DNA of 64,000 bases from Minisyncoccota bacterium. Its GTDB lineage: Bacteria; Patescibacteriota; Minisyncoccia; Phycocordibacterales; JABAAK01. The stretch is from NCBI GenBank assembly GCA_965222235.1, contig OZ244939.1:184585-248584 (forward strand), read 5' to 3'. The translations under genes were made by a program, and so were the position numbers. Below, piece by piece: positions 18,342-28,499 of the stretch. Position 1 is the first letter of the stretch. Every line of letters starts with the position of its first letter. Below the pieces are notes generated by a model. It searched no databases and was not told the origin of the DNA. It saw only the letters and a program-made list of their open reading frames with translations.

Positions 18342-21300
18342 CTATGCCGTCAGTTCAGATCGTCTCCTTCCCCGTGGTGTCGGACGCCCTTCCCGCTCGG
18401 GAATTTCCAGGTGCACATTGAGACCGAGACCGCGCAGATGGTACAGCAGCACATTAAATGTTGCGGGAATGCCCGTCTGAACGATGGGTTCGTTATGTAT
18501 AATTGAGCGGTATGCGGCGTTTCGCCCCTGCATATCATCCGACTTTATCGTCAGCATCTCCCGCAGCGTATACGCGGATCCGTGACCGAGAAGCGCCCAC
18601 ACTTCCATTTCCCCGAGACGGTTTCCGCCGAAGCGCGCGCGTCCGCCGGGGGGCTGCTGGGTAATGAGCGAATATCGGCCGGTTGAACGGGCGTGCACTT
18701 TGTCCTCCACCATGTGCTCCAGCTTCATAACATACATCCAGCCGATGGCGACATCACTGGCAAACTTTTCCCCCGTCTTGCCGTCAAAGAGCTCAATGCG
18801 GCCGTTTTCCGGATACCCGGCCCGCTTCAGTTCTTCGCGCAGTTCTTCGTCAGTGACAGAAGTCATAGTCGGCACAATCGCCTGATAGTTCAGGGAATGT
18901 GCGGCGAGACCCAGATGCATTTCCAGAATCTGCCCGAGATTCTTTCGGGACGGGACACCGAGTGATGAAAGAATGATGTCAATGGGTTCACCGTCATTGG
19001 TGAACGGCATATCCTCCACGGGCGCAACACGAGATATGACTCCCTTGTTTCCGTACCGGTTCGCCAGCTTGTCGCCTATCTGAATGCTGCGCAAATCGGC
19101 GACGGTAATATTAATCTGTTTCAGCACCCCTGTTTTTATATGATGGCCGTCTTCACGATTCCGCACCTGCACGGAAACAACCTTTCCTTTCTCGCCCGGT
19201 GGCAGCACCTTGGAGGTGTCGCGCATATCCTTCGCCTTGTCGCCGAATATTGACTGCAGCAGACGCTCCTCGGCCGACAGTTGCACCTCGCTTCTCGGCG
19301 TCAGCTTGCCGACCAGAATATCACCCGTCGTCACTTCCGAGCCGACGCGGACGATGCCCTCAGCGTCAAGATTTCTCAGCTTCCGGTCGGACACGTTCGG
19401 TATATCCGCGGTCATCACATCCGGACCGAGCTTGGTTTCGCGAATCTCGGCGACATATTCCTCAACCTGCGTAGAAGTGAGCACATCATCCCGCACCAGC
19501 CGTTCGGAAATAATAATTGAGTCCTCAAAGGTTCCGCCGTCGTACGGAAGGAACGCAACGCGCAGATTTTTTCCGAACGCCATCTGTCCGTTCTCCGTTG
19601 ATGCGTTATCCGCAAGCACATCCCCCTCCTTTACCCTGTCCCCCGGCCGCACCACCGAACGCTGATGGTTGGCAAATGAATGTGCCAGACCCGCGGGTGT
19701 AAACACCTCAAGGTCATAGCGTTTTGTACCCTGTTTGGTTTTCAAAGTGACATGGTTCGCGTCAGATTCAACAATCTCACCGGCCTCTTCCGCGTAAATC
19801 AGCCGGCCGGATGCCTGAGCGAAACCGGATTCAAGACCTGTTGCAACAAGCGGCGGCTCCGGATGGAGGCACGGCACCGCCTGCTGCTGCATTCGCGTTC
19901 CCGTTGCGGCACGGACCGGCAGCGTGTTGTGCAGAAACGGAATAAGCACGGATGACACGGAAAACATCTGGGCGGTAGAGACATCAACGTAGTCCACCAT
20001 TTCCGCGTGCACACGCTCGTACTGACCGTTATGCCGCACCAGAACGACATCCTGGGTAATGACCGTCTTGTCGTTCACCGCCACATCCGCGCCGGCAATG
20101 TGATACTGCCCTTCTTCAATCGCGGTGAAGTACTGAACTTCATCGGTAATCTTCCCGTTATCCACCTTAAAATACGGACATTCCAGAAGCCCGTACTGGT
20201 TAATGCGGGCATACAGGGCAAGGTGCAGCACCAGTCCGATGTTCGGCCCCTCGGGAGAGTGGATCGGGCAGATACGACCGTAGTGGGTATGATGAATATC
20301 ACGCACCGAAAGGCTGGCATGCTCGCGGGATACGCCGCCGGAGCCGAGCGCGGACACCGTCCTTAAATGATCCAGCTCGGTCAGAATATTTTGCTGTTTC
20401 AGCTGCTGCGAGAGCTGGTTGGTATTAAAAAACCCGTAGACCGTTGACTGAAATGTGCGCATGTACAGCGCGTTCGTCGGAAGATCAAGCGACTTCGGAT
20501 CCAGGGTAAGCATCCGGTCACGGGTATTTTTGCACATTCGCATAAAGCCGGTGCGTGCATATTCATACGCTAACTCGCCGACTGACCGCACGCGCCGCAT
20601 ACCGAGATGATCAATATCGTCATCAGCGGCATCCGGCGTGTTATTCAGCCGCACGATTTCCTTGATGATAACGGTGATATCATCCAGAGTGAGTATCCGC
20701 TGTTTCAGCGCCTGTGCATCGGTCGGTCGATTAAACCGCTTGTTAAAACTCATTCTCCCCAGCTCGGTTAAGTCATACCACTCGGGAGAAAACCTCGTCT
20801 GCACCAGCTGCTTGGCCCGCTCGGCGCTCACCGCACTGCCCGCCCGCAGAAACTTATAGAACGACGTCCATACTTCATTCATGATTTTGGCGTCATCAAC
20901 GGCGAATGTTTTCTTGACAGCCGCTAACGCAAGTTCGTCATCCTTAAAAAGGTTAAGAACCGCCTCCTCCGTCTCAGGACCGAATGCGCGCAGAAAAAGT
21001 GTGATCGGCATTTTTCGGTTCCCCTGATCAACCCGAACGAAGATGCGGCCGCTCGGATCGCTTTCAAATACAATCCATATACCGCGACCTTTTTGAGGTA
21101 TTATCTGGGCACCGAACGTTCGCGCCTTGCCGGTGCTGACGCTTGAGAACCGGACTCCGGGCGCCCGGACCAACTGCGAGATAACGGTACGTTCAATGCC
21201 GTTGATGATAAAGGTGTGCTGCGGGGTCATAATCGGTATATTGCCGAACAGTACCTCCTCATCTTTTTTTACTCCGGTTACTTTGTTTTCCAGACTCAGG

Positions 21301-21566
21301 TGTACCTTGAAAGGCGCGGTGTAACTGGCGAACTTCTCTTTCACCTCCTGCACTGACACGCGGGGTTCCTCCATTTTGCAGGATTTGAAGTGTATGTAAA
21401 AGCGTTCGTTTGAATCAACAATCGGGAAAAACTCCTGAAACAGCTTCTGGAGATCTGTTTTCAAAAACGTATCGTACGACTTTTTTTGGAACGACAGTAT
21501 GTTCCCCGGTGCCAGGGGCGACATACGATAACTCGAAAAAGTTTTTTGTGGCCGTGTTTCCTTCAT
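18342..21566 (-). CDS. rpoB: RNA polymerase beta subunit
   Basis: FIINGIER, DDIDHLG, HYGRICP.PEGPNIGL, GNKGVI, GEMEVWAL, KSDD. Confidence 0.98.
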   Translation of the reverse strand: MKETRPQKTFSSYRMSPLAPGNILSFQKKSYDTFLKTDLQKLFQEFFPIVDSNERFYIHFKSCKMEEPRVSVQEVKEKFASYTAPFKVHLSLENKVTGVKKDEEVLFGNIPIMTPQHTFIINGIERTVISQLVRAPGVRFSSVSTGKARTFGAQIIPQKGRGIWIVFESDPSGRIFVRVDQGNRKMPITLFLRAFGPETEEAVLNLFKDDELALAAVKKTFAVDDAKIMNEVWTSFYKFLRAGSAVSAERAKQLVQTRFSPEWYDLTELGRMSFNKRFNRPTDAQALKQRILTLDDITVIIKEIVRLNNTPDAADDDIDHLGMRRVRSVGELAYEYARTGFMRMCKNTRDRMLTLDPKSLDLPTNALYMRTFQSTVYGFFNTNQLSQQLKQQNILTELDHLRTVSALGSGGVSREHASLSVRDIHHTHYGRICPIHSPEGPNIGLVLHLALYARINQYGLLECPYFKVDNGKITDEVQYFTAIEEGQYHIAGADVAVNDKTVITQDVVLVRHNGQYERVHAEMVDYVDVSTAQMFSVSSVLIPFLHNTLPVRAATGTRMQQQAVPCLHPEPPLVATGLESGFAQASGRLIYAEEAGEIVESDANHVTLKTKQGTKRYDLEVFTPAGLAHSFANHQRSVVRPGDRVKEGDVLADNASTENGQMAFGKNLRVAFLPYDGGTFEDSIIISERLVRDDVLTSTQVEEYVAEIRETKLGPDVMTADIPNVSDRKLRNLDAEGIVRVGSEVTTGDILVGKLTPRSEVQLSAEERLLQSIFGDKAKDMRDTSKVLPPGEKGKVVSVQVRNREDGHHIKTGVLKQINITVADLRSIQIGDKLANRYGNKGVISRVAPVEDMPFTNDGEPIDIILSSLGVPSRKNLGQILEMHLGLAAHSLNYQAIVPTMTSVTDEELREELKRAGYPENGRIELFDGKTGEKFASDVAIGWMYVMKLEHMVEDKVHARSTGRYSLITQQPPGGRARFGGNRLGEMEVWALLGHGSAYTLREMLTIKSDDMQGRNAAYRSIIHNEPIVQTGIPATFNVLLYHLRGLGLNVHLEIPEREGRPTPRGRRRSELTA

Positions 21567-21647
21567 TTGTCGCGTTTGACTATCGCACGCAGCACAATAA
21601 TAAACACGGACAGATGGTCAAATCCTGAGTGCCTTGTTACAGAACGC

Positions 21648-21675
21648 ATGCTACCAAATCACTATAATTTGTCAA
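21648..21675 (-). promoter_or_regulatory. Putative rpoBC promoter (TTGACA-N16-TAGCAT, TG extended)
   Basis: TTGACA at 21670-21675 and TGGTAGCAT ending 21648, about 80 nt upstream of the rpoB ATG. Confidence 0.6.
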
Positions 21676-21681
21676 CCCATC

Positions 21682-22643
21682 CTTAATGGTTCAATACATT
21701 TGCACATGAGTGTACCACATCTATGGGTTTCTTAAGGTCAATGCCGAAATGCGGTCTCTCATGGTTGTAATGATGGAGGTATTGGGCGTATTGTTCTCTG
21801 AGATCGTCATATTCTTTGAAAGGAGCCTTGTAGTAGATGAACTCCTCCTCATCAGTCCTGAACGATCGTTCAATGACGGCATTCTCGTTAGGACTTGATT
21901 TGTGAATATAGTGGTGTTTTGTACAGAGAGCAGTTACATGGGTATGGAATCTTTTTTGAAATTCAAGACCGTTATCCGTTTGGATGAATACTGTTCTGAA
22001 GGGTAGACGGTTCACTATTTCCGTCATAGCTGAAATGGCATTATTCTGATTCAGATCATTGTATATGACGGCATCCTTGTATCGGGAGTAAATGTCTATG
22101 ATGGCATACTCGAAACAGGTCCAGGGCAATCCTGTCAATTCAGGGGTGAGGTACTTCACATCCATCTGGAGGTAGCCGACGGTTTCAGCGTTCTTTGCGT
22201 GCATATGTACTGTATTCTGACACAAGGGACGACGATGTCGCTTCTTCTGTCGTATGTAGCCACGGGCTATCAGGAACCGTTTCACCGTACTTACTGATAC
22301 CGCTATACCGGTTTCCTCCCTGAGTTTCTCGGCACACCATCCCCGTTTCTGCCTCATTGCCGCAATGACTACTCTTTCCTCCCCGGAGAGTGCCGGTTCC
22401 CTCAGTCTCTTCGGTCTCGTGCTCTTCCGCTGCAGTCCCCGCATGACATACCGCGGTTCCCCGTAGGGATACGGTGACCGTGCCCGTCTCAGCCACCGGG
22501 ATACCGTGGTTCTGTGGATACCGAGCAGTTCAGCAGTATGCTGTATATCTCTTGTTTCTTTGTATATTTGAATGATTTTCTTGGGATGTTGTCTCATACA
22601 TCTGCAGTATCGCTGCTATGTGCAAATGTATTGAACCATTAAG
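21682..22643 (-). mobile_element. Complete IS481-like insertion sequence (962 bp)
   Basis: Perfect 26-bp terminal IRs (CTTAATGGTTCAATACATTTGCACAT at 21682-21707; complement at 22618-22643); 6-bp target duplication CCCATC at 21676-21681 and 22644-22649. Confidence 0.93.
21683..22597 (-). CDS. IS481-family DDE transposase
   Basis: N-terminal HTH; QMDVK, QTDNGLEF, IERSFRTDEEE, YNHERPH integrase core. Confidence 0.9.
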   Translation of the reverse strand: MRQHPKKIIQIYKETRDIQHTAELLGIHRTTVSRWLRRARSPYPYGEPRYVMRGLQRKSTRPKRLREPALSGEERVVIAAMRQKRGWCAEKLREETGIAVSVSTVKRFLIARGYIRQKKRHRRPLCQNTVHMHAKNAETVGYLQMDVKYLTPELTGLPWTCFEYAIIDIYSRYKDAVIYNDLNQNNAISAMTEIVNRLPFRTVFIQTDNGLEFQKRFHTHVTALCTKHHYIHKSSPNENAVIERSFRTDEEEFIYYKAPFKEYDDLREQYAQYLHHYNHERPHFGIDLKKPIDVVHSCANVLNH

Positions 22644-22679
22644 CCCATCATATACCATACACCCGAAAAGACGAACGCA

Positions 22680-22775
22680 TCATGATGCCCACGGCACATT
22701 GTCGGAAAAAGTAATCACCAGAAGCGCTCCAATCAGCACGAACACCAGCATTGTGAACACGCGGTAATTATCCAT
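22680..22775 (-). CDS. Putative 31-aa single-TM small protein
   Basis: MDNYRVFTMLVFVLIGALLVITFSDNVPWAS*; TGATATAGT box 6 nt upstream. Confidence 0.5.
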   Translation of the reverse strand: MDNYRVFTMLVFVLIGALLVITFSDNVPWAS

Positions 22776-22793
22776 ACACCCACTATATCACAA

Positions 22794-24185
22794 TCAGGAT
22801 TGTAGATATTCACGGGGATCTAATTTCGCCTCCGTGGCGGCAACCGGCACCAGCAGACCGCGGCATCGGGCACTGGCGGAAACCTGCTCGTACGGCACCA
22901 CCCGGATACCGTTTGAATCGTACACGCCGAAGTGCAGATGCGGACCCGTGCTGAAACCGGTATTGCCGCTGTAGCCGATGAGATCGCCCATCTCAATCCG
23001 CTGTCCCAGACGCACCTTGGTAAGCGACAGGTGTGCATAGAGCGTGGTAAGACCGAAGGCATGCCTGATAAGCACCCACTTACCCCATGACTGACAGCTC
23101 GGAACAAGATCCGTGTTCCCCGTACCGATAATGATACCCGCAGCGCTTGACAGCAGTTCCGTCCCTGACGGCAGGGCGAAGTCAATTCCGTCGTGGAACG
23201 GCCTGCCGTATCGCCGCGCGTTCGCCTTGGCAAAGCTGGTTTCGCCGAAGTTCTGTGTCACCCGCGCCACAGGATTAAACGGTCGGCGCAGCAGCCCCCG
23301 CCGCGGTTCCGGCACCGCGTCAGGATCATACAGATATTCAATCCGCGACTCATATTCATATATCTCCTGCTGCAGTTCCAGCCGCTCCTCCTGCTTATCC
23401 CGCAGTAGCTTCTGATACACCGCTTCATCATTTTTAGTCCTATCAACCAGCCGCTGCTTCGCCACAATTGAGAACTTGTATATTTTCTTTCTGTCCTCGA
23501 GCGCGCGTTGTTCCCGCGTCAGTGTAATCTGCTCATCAGCGACTTCGCCTTTATTCTCCTCCAGATACTTCGTCTCCTGTTCAAGCAACTGCAGCTGATT
23601 CCGCAATGATGTGGAATACCGCTCCAGCTCCTCAAGCGAGCGGAGTACTTCAAAGAGCGACGGATTCAGAAAAATTGACATCTCACTGTCCTGCAGCTCA
23701 AATTCATTCGCCCGCTGATAGTTGTTGACAAGAATGCGGTGGAGCGTTTCAATATTCCCCTCGTTCGTGCCGATTGAGCTGTCAAGCGATGTGACCCGAA
23801 GTTTCCCCTGCTGTATGCGCCCCTCCGTCACCCGAATTTGCGCCTCATTCCTTCTGTTCGTCAGCGACAGACTCTCCAGCTCGGACTCCAGGGTATCCTT
23901 CTTCTTGTATATCTCGCGCAGATCCTCGTTGATGCTGTCAATTTCCTCCTCCGTTTGTCTGATGTGATTCTCCCGTTTGTCCAGCTCCTGTTTCAGATTC
24001 GCAATCTCGGGATTTTCACGCACAAGAACAACACCGCTATCAAGCTCCGATCCGTTCTGCGTCGGCACATACGCCCCCTCCTGCTCGGAAGGGCGTACCA
24101 GCGTCTCCTGCGCAAAGACACCGAAGACCGAAACGGCGATACACAGCCATGAGAGAATATATACAGCATAGATGGATACGCGCAT
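22794..24185 (-). CDS. Coiled-coil M23 peptidase (EnvC/NlpD-like)
   Basis: Signal peptide, long coiled coil, HDGID, YAHL, GNTGFSTGPHLHF. Confidence 0.9.
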   Translation of the reverse strand: MRVSIYAVYILSWLCIAVSVFGVFAQETLVRPSEQEGAYVPTQNGSELDSGVVLVRENPEIANLKQELDKRENHIRQTEEEIDSINEDLREIYKKKDTLESELESLSLTNRRNEAQIRVTEGRIQQGKLRVTSLDSSIGTNEGNIETLHRILVNNYQRANEFELQDSEMSIFLNPSLFEVLRSLEELERYSTSLRNQLQLLEQETKYLEENKGEVADEQITLTREQRALEDRKKIYKFSIVAKQRLVDRTKNDEAVYQKLLRDKQEERLELQQEIYEYESRIEYLYDPDAVPEPRRGLLRRPFNPVARVTQNFGETSFAKANARRYGRPFHDGIDFALPSGTELLSSAAGIIIGTGNTDLVPSCQSWGKWVLIRHAFGLTTLYAHLSLTKVRLGQRIEMGDLIGYSGNTGFSTGPHLHFGVYDSNGIRVVPYEQVSASARCRGLLVPVAATEAKLDPREYLQS

Positions 24186-24193
24186 ACCTTAGT

Positions 24194-25570
24194 TTATATA
24201 ATACCGCTCTTTTTTCCGCCGAGCACGGCAATCGCACGCGTAATCCGTGAGAGCGTCCGTGTCCGACCGAGCGCAGCCGCGATAAAAAAGGAATCGGGGC
24301 TCTGTTCCCTGCCGGAGAGCGCAACGCGCAGCGGCCAGAGCACCGCCGAGCGTCCCTGTTTCTCGGCATGGCTCCACACCGCGTCGCGAATCGCTTCGGC
24401 ATACCACTGCCGGTATGCGCCGAGCGCGCTCAAAAGATCATGGGTTGTCTCAAGCCCCCGCAGCACCGCCACGCGGTCAACCGCTTTCGGGATAAGCAAA
24501 TCAGCCGGGTACACCGGAGTGATAAACAGAAAATCATACGCTCCGTCCTTAATCGCATCACGATCCCGGGCAAGCAGCCCCCCCCGTTCGCGCACCGCGG
24601 CAAGCACCGCCCGTACCGAACGCGGATACAGCCGCGACCGCAGCGGAAACCTGCGCGTCAACTCCGGCACAATCTCCCCACGCAGCCTGGTTTCGGACAG
24701 CGAACGAATGTATTGTTTATTGAACCACTGCATCTTCTGCTCATTGAACACGGCCTCCTTTTTCTGCAGACGACCGGGATCAAACGCATCAATCAGATCA
24801 TCAAGCGTGAACAGTTCACGATCATCACCCGGCGACCAGCCGAGCAGCGCGATGGTGTTCAGTACCGCCTCGGGAAGGTACCCCCGATTTCTGAAATCCG
24901 TGACGGATGCCGCATCCTTCCGCTTGGACAGTTTGCCGCCGGACGGCGAATGAATGAGCGGGATGTGCGTATACACCGGCAGCGCCGCGCCGAGCGCCCG
25001 CAGAAGAAGTATCTGCCGCGGCGTGTTCACGATATGGTCGTCACCGCGCAGGACATGCGTAATACCCATCTCACTGTCGTCAATCGCCGTTGCAAGGTTA
25101 TAAAGCGGATCGTCAGAACCGCGGGCAATGACGAAATCCCCCAAATCAGATGTGTCAATAGTGATATCGCCGCGTACCGTGTCGGTGAACGAAACAACCG
25201 GATCACGGTTACGGAACCGGATGACCTCAACGGTATGCTCGGGATCTTTCTTTGACGGCTCACGCGACACGTACGCCCGGTCAGATTCAAGAAGGTGTCT
25301 GATATGCCGCTCATAGATCCGCCGCCGCGCCGACTGCCGGACAACGGCGTCCGGACGGATACCGAGCCAGTACAGGGAAAACAGTATCTCCTGTTCATGC
25401 CGTCGTTCGCTCCGCTCCCGGTCGGTGTCGTCAAACCGGACGATATATGTGCCGTTATGCTGTTTCGCGAATACATAGTTAAACAGCGCGGTACGCGCGG
25501 TGCCGACATGAAATGAGCCGGTCGGAGACGGTGCGACGCGGGTAACGATACGGGGTGCGGAACTGTTCAT
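24194..25570 (-). CDS. gltX: Glutamate--tRNA ligase
   Basis: RVAPSPTG.FHVG, THVLRGDDH, KLSKR, LWPLRVALSG. Confidence 0.95.
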   Translation of the reverse strand: MNSSAPRIVTRVAPSPTGSFHVGTARTALFNYVFAKQHNGTYIVRFDDTDRERSERRHEQEILFSLYWLGIRPDAVVRQSARRRIYERHIRHLLESDRAYVSREPSKKDPEHTVEVIRFRNRDPVVSFTDTVRGDITIDTSDLGDFVIARGSDDPLYNLATAIDDSEMGITHVLRGDDHIVNTPRQILLLRALGAALPVYTHIPLIHSPSGGKLSKRKDAASVTDFRNRGYLPEAVLNTIALLGWSPGDDRELFTLDDLIDAFDPGRLQKKEAVFNEQKMQWFNKQYIRSLSETRLRGEIVPELTRRFPLRSRLYPRSVRAVLAAVRERGGLLARDRDAIKDGAYDFLFITPVYPADLLIPKAVDRVAVLRGLETTHDLLSALGAYRQWYAEAIRDAVWSHAEKQGRSAVLWPLRVALSGREQSPDSFFIAAALGRTRTLSRITRAIAVLGGKKSGII

Positions 25571-25573
25571 ATG

Positions 25574-26725
25574 CTATGCCTCATGGGATTTAAGAATATC
25601 GGCGAGTGTGCGCGCCACCTTTTTTGCCGCATCGGGCTTTGCGAACTCCTTCGCCTTCTGTGAGAGCTGATCGCGCATCGCGGAATTGTCAAGCACCGCG
25701 TTAATCTGCGAAACCAGCAGATGCGGCGAGAGGTTCTGCTCTTCAATGACAATGCCTGCCGCGGACCGGGCATAGGCATAGGCGTTCTTTTTCTGATCAT
25801 GCGACACCTCCTCGCGGATGGGGATGACAATAGCGGGGATACCCCACGCCGCTATCTCAAACAGCGTTCCCGAACCGGCGCGGGTGATGATGATATCTGC
25901 GACAGAATACAGAACACGCATATAGTAGGCGTTCAGAAAAGAGAGCGGGCGGTAGATATGCGCTCCTTCAAACATACGCAGGTAGCTCTCCGTCTCATGC
26001 TCAATATCCTTAATGTTCCGCTTACCCGTCTGATGCACCACCTGATACTGCTTCAGCAGATTCGGCAGCGCGTCCACCACATTGTCGTTAATATATGTCG
26101 CGCCGGATGATCCTCCCAGCACCACGACCGTCGGCACATTCGGATCCAATTTCAGCAGATCATGCGCTTCAGGATTCGGATTATACAGCACTTCCCGCCG
26201 GAGCGGCACGCCGATGAGGGCGGTGCGCTGCCGCTCTTTTTCTTTCAGTTCCTGCTCCGCCTCGGGGTACGCGACGGCGATATACTTCGCGAACGACGCC
26301 GACCACTTCGTCACTCTGCCGAGCGCGGCGTCGGATTCGTGAATGACCACGGGAATGCGCAGCAGGCGGGCGGCGAAAAGCACCGGAAAGCTCGCGTACC
26401 CGCCTTTGCTGAACACCGCATCGGGAAAGATAAGGTAGAGATTGACCGTCGCCTTGAATATGCCGAAGACAATCGGAAAAAAAGCGAACAGGTTTCTGAT
26501 CCGCGACCCGATATCCCGGGTTCGGCGTATCTTGCCGGCGGAACAGTACACATACCGCATGCCCGCATTGTAGAGCGCCTTCTCGTCATACTTTCCCGGC
26601 CCGAAATAATATTTTTTGGGCTGAATCAGCTGATGCTCCTGGGCATAAGTGTCAATTTCCTGCGCTACGGCTATGAGAGGATAAAAATGGCCGCCGGTAC
26701 CGCCGCCGGTAAAGACTACTTTCAT
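25574..26725 (-). CDS. murG: Lipid II GlcNAc transferase MurG
   Basis: GGGTGGH, KGGYAS, HESD, LGGSSGA, RAGSGTLFE. Confidence 0.95.
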   Translation of the reverse strand: MKVVFTGGGTGGHFYPLIAVAQEIDTYAQEHQLIQPKKYYFGPGKYDEKALYNAGMRYVYCSAGKIRRTRDIGSRIRNLFAFFPIVFGIFKATVNLYLIFPDAVFSKGGYASFPVLFAARLLRIPVVIHESDAALGRVTKWSASFAKYIAVAYPEAEQELKEKERQRTALIGVPLRREVLYNPNPEAHDLLKLDPNVPTVVVLGGSSGATYINDNVVDALPNLLKQYQVVHQTGKRNIKDIEHETESYLRMFEGAHIYRPLSFLNAYYMRVLYSVADIIITRAGSGTLFEIAAWGIPAIVIPIREEVSHDQKKNAYAYARSAAGIVIEEQNLSPHLLVSQINAVLDNSAMRDQLSQKAKEFAKPDAAKKVARTLADILKSHEA

Positions 26726-26782
26726 ATGCATACAGTATATACCATCCGCCGAACGGCACGTTTCATGGTTACACCGAAACCC

Positions 26783-28423
26783 CTATCCCCGCAGCTGCCG
26801 CAGAATCCGGAATATCTGCTTCCGCACAATATTACACTCTTCATTCGCAACGTGACACAGTATCCCGTACCACAACAGAAAACCGACCAGTGTCATGCAG
26901 GCGAGCGCAATCATGCCGTCAAAGGTGTTGTACGCCACATCAGCGAAAAACAGGTTCTTCGTGATAATGATTCCCGCGGCGAGTATAACGGCGGCAACGG
27001 TATGCTGCACCAGCGAACTCAGTATTGAAACGGAATTGCACCCGACGGTTCGCACGAGTATCCTGAACAGCACCAGCGCGGCGATGGTTTCAAGAAAGAC
27101 AATTGTTATAACCGTCGCAAACAGCATGCCGAACCCGCCGGAAGTCAGTCCGGTATACTCAAGTATCACGAGCAGCGGTTCACGATGCGTTTTGAGAAAA
27201 GCGGTCACGCCGTACACACCGGCGACCTCGGCAACAGCAAGGGAGAAGAACACGAGAAAAGGCAGCAATGATTTTCCGTAGGCATACATAGCGCGGGCGC
27301 AGAGCACCAACACGCTCATGGTAAGGGCACTGAATACAAATATACCGAGAATGGTCGCGGTGATGATGGTGGTCTCCGGCGTGAACAGTCCGGACTCAAA
27401 AAAGAAACTAATCAACGGCTCACGGAGCGCGAAGATATAGGCGATAAGAGGGAGAATGAAGAAAAAGAGGCGACGGAATGATGATTCCAGCACGTCACGA
27501 AACCGCCCCATGTTATGTTCAGTAACATAATTGACCAGTATCGGGAATGTCGCGACCGAATAGGCGGTGCCGACGATAACCAGCGGCACCGCCTTCAGAT
27601 TGTCGGCGAAATAGTACACGCTGAGCACCCCTTCGGAGATGGAGACAATGAGACCGAAAATAATAATATTCGCCACACCGATTGAGAGCAGTGCGGATGC
27701 CCGCGGCACCGACATCTTGACGGCGTGCCAGGTTTCAATCATCATGCTCCGTGTCGGCACCGGCACCGGAACAATACCGTCGCGAATAATAATAGGCAGC
27801 TGTATACCAACGCTCATAACTATACCGATGAGTACGCCGAGTGCCAGACCGATTGAACCGTAGGCAGGATAGAGAACGATAACACCGAATATAATACCGA
27901 CATTGTAGATAATCGGGAGAAGCGAGTAGAGAAAAAATTTCCGCTTCAGCTGCAGCAGCGCGGTGAAAAAACTTGACACGGCAAAAAGGAACGCCTGTAT
28001 AATAAATACACGGCTGAACAGCACGAATGTCTCAAATGCTTCCGGCGAAAAACTGGAAAAGAAGTACGCGGCGATAGTCGGCATTGCCATGAAGAGCACT
28101 GCGGCACCGAGAACGAGAAAAATAAGAAGGAGGCAGAAGGTGGTGTTGATAAATTCCCGCAGCTCCCGTCGGCCCTGTTTTTGTTTTTTCTCAAACATGG
28201 GGAGTAACGCATAGACTGAGATAAAGGCGGTAGTGGCAATAAATAGCAGGTCAGGTATGCGAAAACTGGCGATATAGACATCAAGCATCTCGGTCGCGCC
28301 GAAATGATGTGCAAAGATTCTGTCCCTGAGGAATGAAATAACATACCCGAATATACTGACTGTTCCGAGAATGTACGCTATGGTATGTACATTGGTGTGC
28401 GACCTGCCTAATATCTTCCACAT
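26783..28423 (-). CDS. murJ: Lipid II flippase MurJ
   Basis: RDRIFAHHFG, FRIPD, ~14 hydrophobic helices; next to murG. Confidence 0.88.
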   Translation of the reverse strand: MWKILGRSHTNVHTIAYILGTVSIFGYVISFLRDRIFAHHFGATEMLDVYIASFRIPDLLFIATTAFISVYALLPMFEKKQKQGRRELREFINTTFCLLLIFLVLGAAVLFMAMPTIAAYFFSSFSPEAFETFVLFSRVFIIQAFLFAVSSFFTALLQLKRKFFLYSLLPIIYNVGIIFGVIVLYPAYGSIGLALGVLIGIVMSVGIQLPIIIRDGIVPVPVPTRSMMIETWHAVKMSVPRASALLSIGVANIIIFGLIVSISEGVLSVYYFADNLKAVPLVIVGTAYSVATFPILVNYVTEHNMGRFRDVLESSFRRLFFFILPLIAYIFALREPLISFFFESGLFTPETTIITATILGIFVFSALTMSVLVLCARAMYAYGKSLLPFLVFFSLAVAEVAGVYGVTAFLKTHREPLLVILEYTGLTSGGFGMLFATVITIVFLETIAALVLFRILVRTVGCNSVSILSSLVQHTVAAVILAAGIIITKNLFFADVAYNTFDGMIALACMTLVGFLLWYGILCHVANEECNIVRKQIFRILRQLRG

Positions 28424-28499
28424 AGTTTAGTAACCGTCACAGTGTACCATCATATCCGCAGCCTGGTACCTGCTGTTAATTAAAGCGGCATGTCGGCAC

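Noticed and set aside
22631-22658. IS-created outward hybrid promoter TTGAAC-N16-TACCAT
   Set aside because: Weak match pointing antisense to neighbouring genes; could easily be chance
24368-27028. Long plus-strand ORFs (24368-25255, 26162-27028; likewise 3629-4405, 40838-41653, 61481-62446)
   Set aside because: Antisense shadows of well-conserved minus-strand genes with no motifs of their own
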